Shown here: in pieces, positions 25,198-35,270 of the stretch
How positions within the stretch are numbered: the first letter of the stretch is position 1
Layout: each line of letters starts with the position of its first letter
Source of the DNA: Patescibacteria group bacterium
GTDB taxonomy: Bacteria > Patescibacteriota > Minisyncoccia > UBA6257 > Colwellbacteraceae
Assembly: GCA_023380475.1 (NCBI GenBank)
Contig: JAMCRD010000006.1
Coordinates: forward strand, 68,546 to 115,995
Length of the DNA stretch: 47,450 nucleotides
Direction of reading: 5' to 3'
Made by a program: the position numbers and the translations under genes
The notes under the pieces: generated by a model
What the model was told of the DNA's origin: nothing
Databases searched by the model: none
The model's input: the letters and a program-made list of their open reading frames with translations, nothing else

Positions 25198-27579
25198 TTA
25201 ATCGGAGTCTTGTGTTGGTTCAGCTGACTTGCCTTTCTCTTCAAGTATTTCCTCTGGGTTGGTGGTTATAAGTTGGTTCTCGAAAGATGATGGCACTATT
25301 TGGATGGCTGCGTGCTTTAGCCCAGCTACAAACAACCCTTGCCCAACATCAGCCTCTACTAGATAGTCTTTTTCTGCGTCGGTTAGGTTAAAGGCCTTCC
25401 CTGTGTTGTCTATACTTGCTGGGGCTTCTTTTAGTAACAACTGCAGTGAAGAGTTGGTTATGATGGGCTTGCCATACGGCGAGCCCAAGAAATCATCCAC
25501 ATCTTGAGTGATGGTTGATATGCCTAGATAGTATTTGCGGCCGCGTTTGGCTAAACCAAATAGGAATGATGCACTATCTGGGTATTTCATCATCCACCAA
25601 GCTTCATCTATTACCATGATGCGCTTTTTAAGTTCGGCTCGGACCGTATTCCATATAAAGTTGAGTATTATATACATTGCGACGGGGCGTAGCTCATCTT
25701 CTAAGTCGCGTATAGAGAACACTATTAGATGGTTAGAGATGTTTATGTTGGTTGGTTTATTCACAAAGCCCGCATAACTACCTTTGGTGAAGCGGTATAG
25801 TCGCTCGGCCATACCCTTGCCGCCTTCTATTTCATTCAATACTGCCTCCAGATCCTCTAGGAGTGGCGGCCTAGCCTTGCTGAAGTCTTTGTCTGGGGCT
25901 ATATCTCGCATGGCGTAAGTTTCATTAAGCGCCCTATCAATCAGAGCTTCCTCCGCTGGCGTCACCGAGCCTAACATAAGTTTTATAAGTCCAGCCAAGT
26001 TCACAACGTGAGACTTTAGGACATCGTTAGGCTCTTCATCTTCCGGGACAACTGGGATATCAAATGGGTTGATAGTGCTTTCAGAATCGAGTGATATTTT
26101 AAGAACACTCCCACCAACGGCATCAGCTAGAGTTATATATTCATTTTCTGGATCGACAACGATGACATCCGTGCCCATCATCAGTGAGCGGATTATTTCC
26201 AACTTTGCGGCATAAGACTTACCAGCTCCAGCCTTGGCGAATACAACCATATTAGCGTTCTCTAACGAGAACCGATCAAATATAATCAATGTATTGTTGT
26301 GTCTGTTTATGCCGTACATTATCCCAGTGTCGGATGTTAGATCTAAGGAGACAAATGGGAAGATAGAAGATGCTGGCCCGGAGTTCATTGGGGTATGAAT
26401 TAAGGTGGTATCCTGCCCCAGAGGGGCGACAGAGGAGAATAGTTTTATTTGTTCGAACACAGCCGCCTTCATGTCGACGAGCTTGCCACCCATAATATCT
26501 TCCACTTCGGCACTTATTTTGTTGAGTTCTTTTTTATCGTCGGCGTATATAGTTAGGTATATTCCTACATCGAATAATTTTTCCTGAGCTTGTTGCAGCT
26601 TGTCACGCAACGCCTCAACATCATTCAGGGCCGTCTCTAAAACTGGATCGCGCACTACACCTTTCTGCTCCAACTCGTCTATGTCTGCTTGTAGAGCTGT
26701 GGTTTTCTTGCGTAAATTATGCAGAGCTATAGCCGTATCTATGGGGTGTGTAAATATGGAGATATCCATCAACTCAGGCAGATTGATAAGTGGAGAGAAC
26801 CAACCAGTGGATAGGTAGCGAGGATAACCAAGTATGTAGAAAGACCTAGCGAATTTATCACCTATTTTTAAATAATTTTGGCCTATTTCTAACTTTTGGG
26901 GGGCAAGCACGTCCTCAATATGACCGCCTTCCAAACTGAGCTCTTGTAATTTCTCAACCGTGCGGGGGTTGTAGAAGTTGTGCAATAATTCAGCAAGTTC
27001 TTGGTCCTCTAGGGCGACCGCTCGTAGTCCGACACCACGCAGAGCATTGATTACCTGCTCTACTCTTTGAGCTAACTGTTCCCGATGGCTTGGCTCGATG
27101 GTGGGGTTTGAAGAAGGTGACTCTGTGGGTTTATTTCGGGTTCCAGCTCCGATTCTAGGTATTATGTTTGCAGCAGCCCTTGGATTTATTACTGGGTCGA
27201 ATGGCACAACCACAAAGAAGCTCTTGGTCATTACCGCGTTGGTCTCGACAAACCCCTTTATAAAAGTTGTGTAGTCTTCGATTTGTTCTCTTAGTAGGTT
27301 ATTCTGTTCAGCCTCCATACGTTCGTCTAGCGTGCGTAGGTAGTCGTCTATATTGAGCTTCCTAGAGTGGATAAACACTTGTACAGAAAAGTCCAATGAG
27401 TTAAGTAGGTTTTGGTAGGCGTAAATAATCGTATTTTGTTCCCCTTCAGATTTTAGGTCGAAGTTTAATCCATCAACCATGACTATCTGACGCAGGCCGC
27501 CGTTTTTAAGCACGACAATTCCACTGCTTATATCTTTTACATTTACAAAATCCTGCGTTTTTGTCTGTCCCAGTGCCAT
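25198..27579 (-). CDS. virB4: VirB4/TrbE/CagE-family type IV secretion ATPase
   Basis: Walker A FAKAGAGKSY, Walker B MVIDEAWWM, 793 aa, with the typical N-terminal region. Confidence 0.9.
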   Translation of the reverse strand: MALGQTKTQDFVNVKDISSGIVVLKNGGLRQIVMVDGLNFDLKSEGEQNTIIYAYQNLLNSLDFSVQVFIHSRKLNIDDYLRTLDERMEAEQNNLLREQIEDYTTFIKGFVETNAVMTKSFFVVVPFDPVINPRAAANIIPRIGAGTRNKPTESPSSNPTIEPSHREQLAQRVEQVINALRGVGLRAVALEDQELAELLHNFYNPRTVEKLQELSLEGGHIEDVLAPQKLEIGQNYLKIGDKFARSFYILGYPRYLSTGWFSPLINLPELMDISIFTHPIDTAIALHNLRKKTTALQADIDELEQKGVVRDPVLETALNDVEALRDKLQQAQEKLFDVGIYLTIYADDKKELNKISAEVEDIMGGKLVDMKAAVFEQIKLFSSVAPLGQDTTLIHTPMNSGPASSIFPFVSLDLTSDTGIMYGINRHNNTLIIFDRFSLENANMVVFAKAGAGKSYAAKLEIIRSLMMGTDVIVVDPENEYITLADAVGGSVLKISLDSESTINPFDIPVVPEDEEPNDVLKSHVVNLAGLIKLMLGSVTPAEEALIDRALNETYAMRDIAPDKDFSKARPPLLEDLEAVLNEIEGGKGMAERLYRFTKGSYAGFVNKPTNINISNHLIVFSIRDLEDELRPVAMYIILNFIWNTVRAELKKRIMVIDEAWWMMKYPDSASFLFGLAKRGRKYYLGISTITQDVDDFLGSPYGKPIITNSSLQLLLKEAPASIDNTGKAFNLTDAEKDYLVEADVGQGLFVAGLKHAAIQIVPSSFENQLITTNPEEILEEKGKSAEPTQDSD

Positions 27580-27587
27580 TTTTAGAA

Positions 27588-28118
27588 TTAACGATAGTCT
27601 ACGCGGCGAGCCACCTCCTCATCACCGGTTATCTTCTTAATTAACTCATACCTCTCTTCAACTGACTCGCGAGAGGTTGCTTTTAGCACTTCCGGTAAGG
27701 GCTTTTCTCGATTGGGTATGGCCTGCTTGGTAGTGATCAGTTTATCTAGTAGACTACGCAGTCCGACGGATGGGTGGGCTCTGTTGGTTTTAATAGTGGG
27801 TTGCGCTGTTGGGGTTGTGGTATGAGCTACCAGCGCTGCCGTAGTGGGTTGATAAGTATAGACACGCGGATTCCAAACATAGGAGAACGCGGAAGCGGTT
27901 ATTATCCTCATTGGTCTGCCGTTTATCTTTGCCAAATTAAACGTCAAGGTGGTAGTTTCTATTAGTATGGCAACGACAACCCATAACCATGTAGCAAATA
28001 AGAAGTATAAGAATATAACCAAGAGCGTCGCACCAGCAACATACAAAAACTGCTTAACACTTAAGGGGCCGAATATCTTGTCCTCGGTTTCTATAAACTG
28101 AGGGATTTGGAATTGCAT
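27588..28118 (-). CDS. PrgI-family (VirB3-like) membrane protein
   Basis: IPQFIETEDKIFGPLSVKQFLYV followed by two TM helices, as in PrgI-family proteins of Gram-positive T4SS. It lies directly upstream of VirB4. Confidence 0.6.
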   Translation of the reverse strand: MQFQIPQFIETEDKIFGPLSVKQFLYVAGATLLVIFLYFLFATWLWVVVAILIETTTLTFNLAKINGRPMRIITASAFSYVWNPRVYTYQPTTAALVAHTTTPTAQPTIKTNRAHPSVGLRSLLDKLITTKQAIPNREKPLPEVLKATSRESVEERYELIKKITGDEEVARRVDYR

Positions 28119-28175
28119 TATTAAAATTCTACAGCCTCTGTAGTGATATTTCTAATATTAAACCCGTCTCAACCC

Positions 28176-29000
28176 CTAAAGCGGTAAGTCTCTAAGACTA
28201 GCATTGCTGTTGTTGTCGCCACTAGCGTTTTTAACACCGTTCTCGCTCGGTTCTGGTACTGGATCAACTCTGGCAGCAAACGGATCATTTAAGTTGGTTT
28301 TAAGTCCAGAATAATTAACATGACGTAGGCCCTCCGTTTTAGTTTTTAGGGTGGCCAACTCCTCGGTTCTCTGTTTCTCTTGTTGTATCCCCAACTCAAG
28401 GCGTGCTTTCACCGGCTCGTATTTGTAAGACTCAACCTCGCTTTCGGGAGCGGCGTTATTGGGGGCTTTGTAGAATACGGGTCTTATTGGTGAGGTGTGG
28501 GTGAGGACGTCTTCAACTCTGGGTTCCATTTCTTCCCCTTCGCGTTGGTGTAATATAAATGGAGCCTGACCTTGTTGTGGTTTTGGTGACGGAGCGGTGT
28601 TTAACAGTGGATTCTGTGGCATCTGGCTAGCCGCAGCGCTAGTTGTAGGAGCTGTTGGGGTGGGACCCTCGCTGCTCGGTGGTTGGTATACTGAGCTTAA
28701 CTCGGGTTCTAGTGGGTCGAATACGCCGGCTTTAATTTCGGGATACATCTTAGATATAGTATCCGCGTCCAATTCAGTTGCAGTCGCTAGCTCAGTTGGA
28801 GCATCAGCTAGACGTATGAAACCATATAGTACATTGCGTACAACTGTAGATATACTTTCTACAACCTCCGTTGATAAGGAATACTTAATGCCTAAGTTAT
28901 CTATCAAGTTGGAATTTTGTTCGGAGAATAGGGCGTCAAGTATTTTCTCGGGCAGGTGACCCCATCTTTCAGCGGCCTCTTCTTCTGAGACGTTAAACAT
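28176..29000 (-). CDS. Hypothetical protein with a Pro/Ser/Thr-rich central region
   Basis: 274-aa ORF tightly packed within the T4SS-like operon, with no recognisable domain. Confidence 0.5.
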   Translation of the reverse strand: MFNVSEEEAAERWGHLPEKILDALFSEQNSNLIDNLGIKYSLSTEVVESISTVVRNVLYGFIRLADAPTELATATELDADTISKMYPEIKAGVFDPLEPELSSVYQPPSSEGPTPTAPTTSAAASQMPQNPLLNTAPSPKPQQGQAPFILHQREGEEMEPRVEDVLTHTSPIRPVFYKAPNNAAPESEVESYKYEPVKARLELGIQQEKQRTEELATLKTKTEGLRHVNYSGLKTNLNDPFAARVDPVPEPSENGVKNASGDNNSNASLRDLPL

Positions 29001-29006
29001 AAATTT

Positions 29007-31556
29007 TTACTTATTCTCTTCTTTTGTTTCCCCCGTGCTCGGCGTGGCGGTATAACCGGCTTCGGTGTTAGCTCTTGCTTTGGAGACCTTTTGGGCTAGG
29101 CTTTCTAGTTTCACGTCACCCAACTTATCCGCTTTACGCCTTAGGGCCTCTGCCATGACGTTTATAGGGTCTTTAAGTTTTTTGATTGTATTCTTAAGCG
29201 CTTTTTCTTGCTTAGATGAGAATTCTGCTAGCGCTGCATCAACTTGAGCAGCGTCCTTGCTCTTTCTCATAATATTAACCCTTTCTTTTGCCAACTCGTC
29301 GCTCTGTTGCTTTACAAGATCGTTAATAAACGAACTCCGAGCCTTACTTATGTTTCCTGGATTAATTTTCCCTTTTGGCATGAAGTCATACTCTGATAAC
29401 TTACTATTTAACGTTGAAGCAAAGAGATTGTCGTGGTTCTTTGGTTTGACCTTGGGTATGACTTTGGATAGTAGGCCGTGACTAGGACCGGTATCTGCTA
29501 TGCTTTGGTTGACAGTTTCACGGAAACGGGCGAGGTCGTCTTCAGAAAGATTGCCGAATGGCTTTTTGGCATCGAAGTCGGCGTTGATGGCGTTATGCGG
29601 CAATTTACTTAACTCCTTTTCGTCTAACTCGCCAATAAACTTATCAGACTCATTCTTAAAATTAACATAATCACCCTGCCCTAAAGCATCCCATCCAGCC
29701 TGTGACATGCCCGACTCAATCTCGATCTTATGGAATAGATTCCCCTTGCCCACCATCGTTAAGCCTCGCTTGGCCCTATCTGTAAGGTAGGCCCTTGGAT
29801 TTTCTAGTTTGTCTTCTTTGATGGCGTAATCCATTAGGTCTGCGAAGTCAGGACTGTCCGGCGTCTTGGCTAAGTTGCTAATCCTCTTATTTAGTTCCTC
29901 CTTAGATAGCCCTTCTTCTTTGGCTTGTTTGGCTGCCTCAGACGAAAGCCGTCCCGAAGTAAACTCCGGCACCTCCAAACCAAGCTGATCTTTAGCAACT
30001 TTCTTTATTTTGTTATGGATGAACTCGCTGCCGTAACCTACGTTTTCAAGGAGGTGTATTTTAGCACTACGTTTTTGTTTCTCAGATTCGTTGGTTTCGG
30101 TTTTGTTCTCTTCTCTGAGGAGATTAGCTCTCTTTATTGCCGATTTTCTTATCGCGCCGACTCCCTTAGCTAGGGAACCAACTCCGAATGCTGCACCAGC
30201 CATAGTCACCGCTGTAATAACCCCACCGCTTTTGAGCGCGAAGTACAGGCCAAAGCCGGATATTATTACCACAGTCATTGCTTGGAATATGGCTGAGCCT
30301 AGTCCGCCCGAAGTAACTCCAATATTCTTGAGCCATAATATAATCTGCGTTGTTATCCATAGGAAGAACACTATTATCGGCCCGTAAAAAACCCATTTCA
30401 AGAACTCCTTCCACCAAGCGCTGAATGGATTACCCATAGGACCCAGTTTAAGATTGGGGAATACGAATGTTGCCCAAGCTAGAGGTGCTACCCCCACAAG
30501 GATAGTAAGAACAATAAAACGGGCCGCGAAAAAGAAGGCCAAAGCCGCTGTTGTCAGCATGCCAATCGACGTCACGATGGCGGACAGGAATGTGGCGACA
30601 ATACTACCAAGTGCCACCCCAGCTACACTGCCGGTGGCATTGAACGCGTTTATAAATGCTGTGAAGGTGGTGGCAGCGTTGAAGACATTCACGATGTCCC
30701 CGCTGCAAGTGTTGTATAAGATAGATTTAGTTATGTTGGTGCCTACCCCAACAATCCAACTGGCTATAGTGACACTAAAATCTATCAGTAAGGCTGCAAA
30801 TATTAACTTAGGCAGTTGCTTCAGTCCCCACTTATCAGATCTGAACATGGTGGCGAACGCTACTACAATCAAGGCTAGTATTATGATTAGGTTAGCCAAA
30901 CCCATGACGCTCGAACTAACCACATGGACTATGTAGTTGCCATTAAGAAAGTTAGCGTTTAAGGATATAGCTTGGGCAAGGAGGAAGCCCGCGACTAATA
31001 ACAAGGCCGTTGCTACCAATCCATAGAAGAAAGCTGATAACCACTCTTTCAGTATCGTATCCACCGTATTGATGACCCCTTGGACAACCCTACCTATAGT
31101 GAATCCAAATACTTCTGTGTCCACAGCGTTAGCCAAGCTATCAGCTACTATCAACGTTCCACCAGCAGCTAGTACGCCAGCTATGTACGTTCCCACGTCA
31201 CCTATACTCGGGCCTTGGCAGGTTGGAGATTGGTCTGATATTGGTGCTGTGGTGGGCACAGAAGGGACTGCTACCGAAAAGGTATTGCTTGTAGCTGCAG
31301 CAGCACTATTGCCGGTTACTTGGCTAGTAACTGAATTTACAGTCTGGTTTACCTGATTTACGTCTGGTATCTGGGGTACGTTTATGTTCCCAACTGTGGC
31401 ATTTGAGTTGCTGGATGAGGCTAAGAGGTTCGGCAGCGAGTTATAATCTAGAGATTGCAAATTAAGCGACTGCGCTAGAGCTGGCGAGACTGATGTAGTC
31501 AGGAATACACTTACAGCCAGTGCGCTTACAGCAACAATGCGCAATTTTGACATCAC
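29007..31556 (-). CDS. Large polytopic membrane protein, VirB6/TrbL-like, with signal peptide, S/T/N-rich ectodomain and about 370-aa K/E-rich C-terminal domain
   Basis: N-terminal signal (MMSKLRIVAVSALAVSVFLTTSVSPALA), roughly 8 or more TM segments in the middle, and operon context with VirB4 and PrgI. Confidence 0.55.
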   Translation of the reverse strand: MMSKLRIVAVSALAVSVFLTTSVSPALAQSLNLQSLDYNSLPNLLASSSNSNATVGNINVPQIPDVNQVNQTVNSVTSQVTGNSAAAATSNTFSVAVPSVPTTAPISDQSPTCQGPSIGDVGTYIAGVLAAGGTLIVADSLANAVDTEVFGFTIGRVVQGVINTVDTILKEWLSAFFYGLVATALLLVAGFLLAQAISLNANFLNGNYIVHVVSSSVMGLANLIIILALIVVAFATMFRSDKWGLKQLPKLIFAALLIDFSVTIASWIVGVGTNITKSILYNTCSGDIVNVFNAATTFTAFINAFNATGSVAGVALGSIVATFLSAIVTSIGMLTTAALAFFFAARFIVLTILVGVAPLAWATFVFPNLKLGPMGNPFSAWWKEFLKWVFYGPIIVFFLWITTQIILWLKNIGVTSGGLGSAIFQAMTVVIISGFGLYFALKSGGVITAVTMAGAAFGVGSLAKGVGAIRKSAIKRANLLREENKTETNESEKQKRSAKIHLLENVGYGSEFIHNKIKKVAKDQLGLEVPEFTSGRLSSEAAKQAKEEGLSKEELNKRISNLAKTPDSPDFADLMDYAIKEDKLENPRAYLTDRAKRGLTMVGKGNLFHKIEIESGMSQAGWDALGQGDYVNFKNESDKFIGELDEKELSKLPHNAINADFDAKKPFGNLSEDDLARFRETVNQSIADTGPSHGLLSKVIPKVKPKNHDNLFASTLNSKLSEYDFMPKGKINPGNISKARSSFINDLVKQQSDELAKERVNIMRKSKDAAQVDAALAEFSSKQEKALKNTIKKLKDPINVMAEALRRKADKLGDVKLESLAQKVSKARANTEAGYTATPSTGETKEENK

Positions 31557-31566
31557 CTACATATTA

Positions 31567-32337
31567 TCACGCAAGCCCCTTAAAAACACTACTTAATTTA
31601 AGGATTGTGTCGAAGTCTAGATCGCCTGGCCGTAACGTAGGGGATATGCTAAGAGAGGTCAATATGCCATCAATTGTCGACTTTGTTTTTTGGTAGCTCC
31701 TTAGGTTATTTGACACGGTTTTACGGGGCTGTTTGAACAGCGTCTTTATAAATTCGTAGTAGCCGTTTGCACTCTCCTTATTCGGACGCCTTACTTCAAT
31801 CGAGATTATCACCGAATCGACTTTAGGCGTTGGTTTAAAACAACTTCTTTTTATAATTCCCCTAACACTTGGGATTCCCCAGAATTGCACGCTCGCTGCC
31901 AGTAAATTCATTCTTGGCGGTGCAGAGCAAATCCTTTCAGCAACCTCTTTTTGTATTGTTAGTACTATCGATTGTGGTTTATGCCCCAGCTCCCCGAGCA
32001 CCCTCATAAGGCGCCCGGTTATGTAGTAAGGGATATTGCCGACAATTTTATATGGTTTGTTCAAGTGCGAGACCACTATTGGCAAAGTTTTAAGTGCGTC
32101 ACCCATCACCACCTCCACGGTCCGACTTGTTAGCTGTTTTAAGCCGTCAGCCAGTTCCTTATCCTTCTCAATAGCGATCAGTCTTTTGGGATTAGCGGCC
32201 AGCAAATATTTGGTGAGCTCCCCGTGACCCGGCCCGATTTCGATGACGATATCACCCTCTTTTATATCGGGTGTTGACGCTATTTTTTTGAGCACGTTCT
32301 CGTCTTTGAGAAAATGCTGGCCCAATCTCTGTCTCAT
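31567..32337 (-). CDS. rsmA: 16S rRNA (adenine1518/1519-N6)-dimethyltransferase
   Basis: LGQHFL start motif, the SAM-binding segment EIGPGHGELT, and NIPYYIT. Confidence 0.9.
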   Translation of the reverse strand: MRQRLGQHFLKDENVLKKIASTPDIKEGDIVIEIGPGHGELTKYLLAANPKRLIAIEKDKELADGLKQLTSRTVEVVMGDALKTLPIVVSHLNKPYKIVGNIPYYITGRLMRVLGELGHKPQSIVLTIQKEVAERICSAPPRMNLLAASVQFWGIPSVRGIIKRSCFKPTPKVDSVIISIEVRRPNKESANGYYEFIKTLFKQPRKTVSNNLRSYQKTKSTIDGILTSLSISPTLRPGDLDFDTILKLSSVFKGLA

Positions 32338-35237
32338 ATATATATGTCACCATTGCCGCTCCATTGCTGCGGCCCCTCGAATTTGATTAACTCGGGTGGT
32401 ATCTCGTACAGAAAGCGCGAAGCCATACCATAAAAACTTATAACCAACTCCTGTCTGGCTCTGGTCATAGCCACATACATCAGCCGGCGCTCTTCTTCTA
32501 TATCTTCTTGAGAGGCGAGAGACCGCTGATGGGGGAGCACGCCCTCGGTGGCGCCCACTATAAATACCTTGTCGAACTCCAGCCCCTTGGCCATATGAAT
32601 AGTCATGAGTTTTACGCCGGCACCGGAGATGTCCTTTGCTGGTCGGTCGGCCTCTTGCAACAGCGTCACCCGCTCGAGGAACTCCGAGGCATCGCTAAAT
32701 GTTCCGGCGAAGCTTAACAACTCTTTGATGTTTTCCAGCCTGTCCTCGGTGTTATCAAATTTCTCGCTTAAGTAGCTCGGATAGTCCGTAGTTTTCATAA
32801 AGAATCCAATGAGTTCCATTAATTCCAGTTCTTCGCCCAGTCGGGGGAGTTTTTCGGCTAGTTCTTTGGCTATAGATTTGCGGAATGTTTTCTGCAGGCG
32901 CTCCAAGCTGACTGAATCCTTGGGGTTCATGGCATAGCGGATGGCTGAAACTATATCCTTTACCTCCTTGCGGTCGTAGAATTTCAGTCCGCCGAATATT
33001 TCATAAGGTATCCCCGCTAGGGAGAGTGATCCTTCAAGAGCACGCGACTGAGCATTGGTGCGATAAAGGATGGCTACCTCCCTTGAAGCAGGCTGCGATG
33101 CAGAGATCTCCGACACAATTCGACCAGCTTCATCCTCGGCGTCATCGGTGGCTATAACCCTGATGGGAGCGCCCTCTTCGTTGGAAGTCCACAACTCTTT
33201 CGGTCGCTGGAATCTGTTGTTTTTTATCACGCCATAGGAAGCGCGGACTATTGAACCGCTGGAGCGATAGTTCTCCCCCAAATTGACCACTTTCACTTCC
33301 GGCCAATCCTTCTCGAAATCCAGGAAGTTTCTGAAATCCGCGCCGCGGAAACCATATATGGAGTTATGGACTACAACTCCATTAGCGATGTAATTGTGGG
33401 TGTTTTTAATATTGATATCGTATACCAAGCCGTCGTACTCCTCTATCGAAACGTCTTTGACGACGTCTTCAATAATTCGCCCATGTTTATCAAATACCGC
33501 CAAAGACATTGTTGGTCTAATGTGTGACGCAGGTTGAAGAAGCATCCTCTTGCCGGCGGTCAGACAAGCCGTCTTTACGACTTCTATCTCGGCATCGATT
33601 CTTCTAAAACCGTCGGACATCTTCTCCAATTTTCCATAGTCAAGACTGGAGATCTCCAAACGCCAATCGTCTGATTTACCCCTCCTTGTTTTTAAGCCCA
33701 GCCCCTCCACTTTCTTTTTCAGCGTTAAGTCTTTAGTGTTGACGCTTAATCTGTTCGCGCCCCAAGGACTTTTAACGCTGTGTCTACGCCCGTCAAACAT
33801 CGCCAGCCTCAATCGCAGTCTCCTACTGGAGTGTCGGATTGTTCCTTGAGGAACCCAGTGTGGATATCCGAAGTACAGTAGCTCGCCATCCATCAACTTA
33901 ACCCCTCTCTTTTTAGTGTTGATCCGTTTGTAGAGTTTGTTTATGTAGCTCTGGGTCAAAAGCATCTTTCTGTTGCTTGTGTCGAAGACAACTGTCGGCA
34001 CGCCGTACTTAAAAGCGTAATAAAATTCATAATATTCAGCTTCCGCCTTGTTCTTGCATATCCTTATAACCCACATCTTGTCAGCTTTCTCTTGCGCACT
34101 CCTTGCCAGCAGACCTACACTTTCCTCTCCTCTAGCCCCAATTCTTACCCCTTTGGCCATACCCACCCTAAACCCCTTGTCTTTGCGGTACATGAGGTAG
34201 ACATAAAATATGTTGTTAGTCAATTGTAGTTTGGAGAAAGTTATGTGGTTAGGAGTCATACAAACAATCCTCCCTCCTCGTGTTGTTATCTTGACTATCG
34301 GACCACGATATCTGAATTTTTTGAGTTGGCTTACATACATATCGGCGACCATCCCATTGCCTGTAGCAGTTACAGCTAAATCCCCAGCCTTTATGTTCTC
34401 GATTTTGCGCGGCCCGTGCGCTGTGACGACAATAGTTCCTTTTATTAAACACTGTTGGTCGTCTCCCACAACATTTAAGTTACGGTGGCTTGAGGCTAAA
34501 AGTTTAACCAGTATGTATTCAGCGTGGTTAACATCCTGGAATTCATCGACCAATATATAGGAGTAACGTCGGAGGTGTTTCTCAAGTATCGGCGGGTTGT
34601 TTTGGAATAAGCGAACCGGCTTTTCAATCAAATCATCAAAGTCGAAAGCGTTGTTGGCCCTGAGTTCCACTTCGTAAGCGGCGAATATGGCTTCGTCTTC
34701 CTCCTTCAACTCACCGGGATTGATGAGTTCAGTCTTGGCTCGTGATATGTTATGCACGGTTTTGCTGGCAGGGTGGCGCAGCGTGTTCACGTCCAATCGC
34801 AGCAGCACTTTCTTCACAGCTCGCAATGAATCATTTTCGTCGAATATCGTGAAGCGCGCCGTGCGGCCGAGCGTTTCAGCTTCCTCGCGCAGAATTCTCG
34901 ATCCGAAGGAATGGAATGTCCCCAAGAACGGTAGCCGCTCCACTTTTTGGGGCGGAAGCTCAGCATAAATGCGCCGTTTTATTTCGTCGGCCGCCTTGTT
35001 GGTGAAGGTTATGGCTACAATCCATTCCGGCGGTACGCCCCTTCGAATCAAGTGGATTACTCTTTGAGTTAAAGTGCGAGTCTTGCCGCTGCCCGCACCA
35101 GCGCCTATCAAGAGGGGCCCCTCGCCATACTCTATGGCTTCGCGCTGGATCGGACTCAAATTCACCGATTTGGGGCCAGATTGATTTATATTGTCTCTTC
35201 GGTCTATCATTTTATTGCTATAAGTAGCATAGTACAC
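32334..35237 (-). CDS. pcrA: UvrD/PcrA-family SF1 DNA helicase interrupted by an intein (start may be ATG at 35210)
   Basis: Motif I AGAGSGKT, motif II VDEFQD, and motif III split as VGDDQQ | intein | SIYGFRGAD. Later motifs are NYRS, VAILYRTN and TIHMAKGLEF. Confidence 0.9.
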   Translation of the reverse strand: MYYATYSNKMIDRRDNINQSGPKSVNLSPIQREAIEYGEGPLLIGAGAGSGKTRTLTQRVIHLIRRGVPPEWIVAITFTNKAADEIKRRIYAELPPQKVERLPFLGTFHSFGSRILREEAETLGRTARFTIFDENDSLRAVKKVLLRLDVNTLRHPASKTVHNISRAKTELINPGELKEEDEAIFAAYEVELRANNAFDFDDLIEKPVRLFQNNPPILEKHLRRYSYILVDEFQDVNHAEYILVKLLASSHRNLNVVGDDQQCLIKGTIVVTAHGPRKIENIKAGDLAVTATGNGMVADMYVSQLKKFRYRGPIVKITTRGGRIVCMTPNHITFSKLQLTNNIFYVYLMYRKDKGFRVGMAKGVRIGARGEESVGLLARSAQEKADKMWVIRICKNKAEAEYYEFYYAFKYGVPTVVFDTSNRKMLLTQSYINKLYKRINTKKRGVKLMDGELLYFGYPHWVPQGTIRHSSRRLRLRLAMFDGRRHSVKSPWGANRLSVNTKDLTLKKKVEGLGLKTRRGKSDDWRLEISSLDYGKLEKMSDGFRRIDAEIEVVKTACLTAGKRMLLQPASHIRPTMSLAVFDKHGRIIEDVVKDVSIEEYDGLVYDINIKNTHNYIANGVVVHNSIYGFRGADFRNFLDFEKDWPEVKVVNLGENYRSSGSIVRASYGVIKNNRFQRPKELWTSNEEGAPIRVIATDDAEDEAGRIVSEISASQPASREVAILYRTNAQSRALEGSLSLAGIPYEIFGGLKFYDRKEVKDIVSAIRYAMNPKDSVSLERLQKTFRKSIAKELAEKLPRLGEELELMELIGFFMKTTDYPSYLSEKFDNTEDRLENIKELLSFAGTFSDASEFLERVTLLQEADRPAKDISGAGVKLMTIHMAKGLEFDKVFIVGATEGVLPHQRSLASQEDIEEERRLMYVAMTRARQELVISFYGMASRFLYEIPPELIKFEGPQQWSGNGDIYI
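33363..34451 (-). mobile_element. Intein (363 aa; residues 263-625 of the helicase ORF)
   Basis: Block A CLIKGT with Cys1, block B TPNH, blocks F/G VYDINIKNTHNYIANGVVVHN followed by the +1 Ser. Removing it restores GDDQQSIYGFRGA. Confidence 0.85.
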
Positions 35238-35270
35238 AAATTAGCCAGGTGGCTAAAGGGCGAGCCGGTC

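Noticed and set aside
30454-30936. 160-aa plus-strand ORF and other ORFs nested in the T4SS genes (29065-31356, plus strand)
   Set aside because: All lie antisense within the long VirB6-like ORF. Their compositions are typical of shadow frames, and the minus-strand ORF is uninterrupted for 849 codons.
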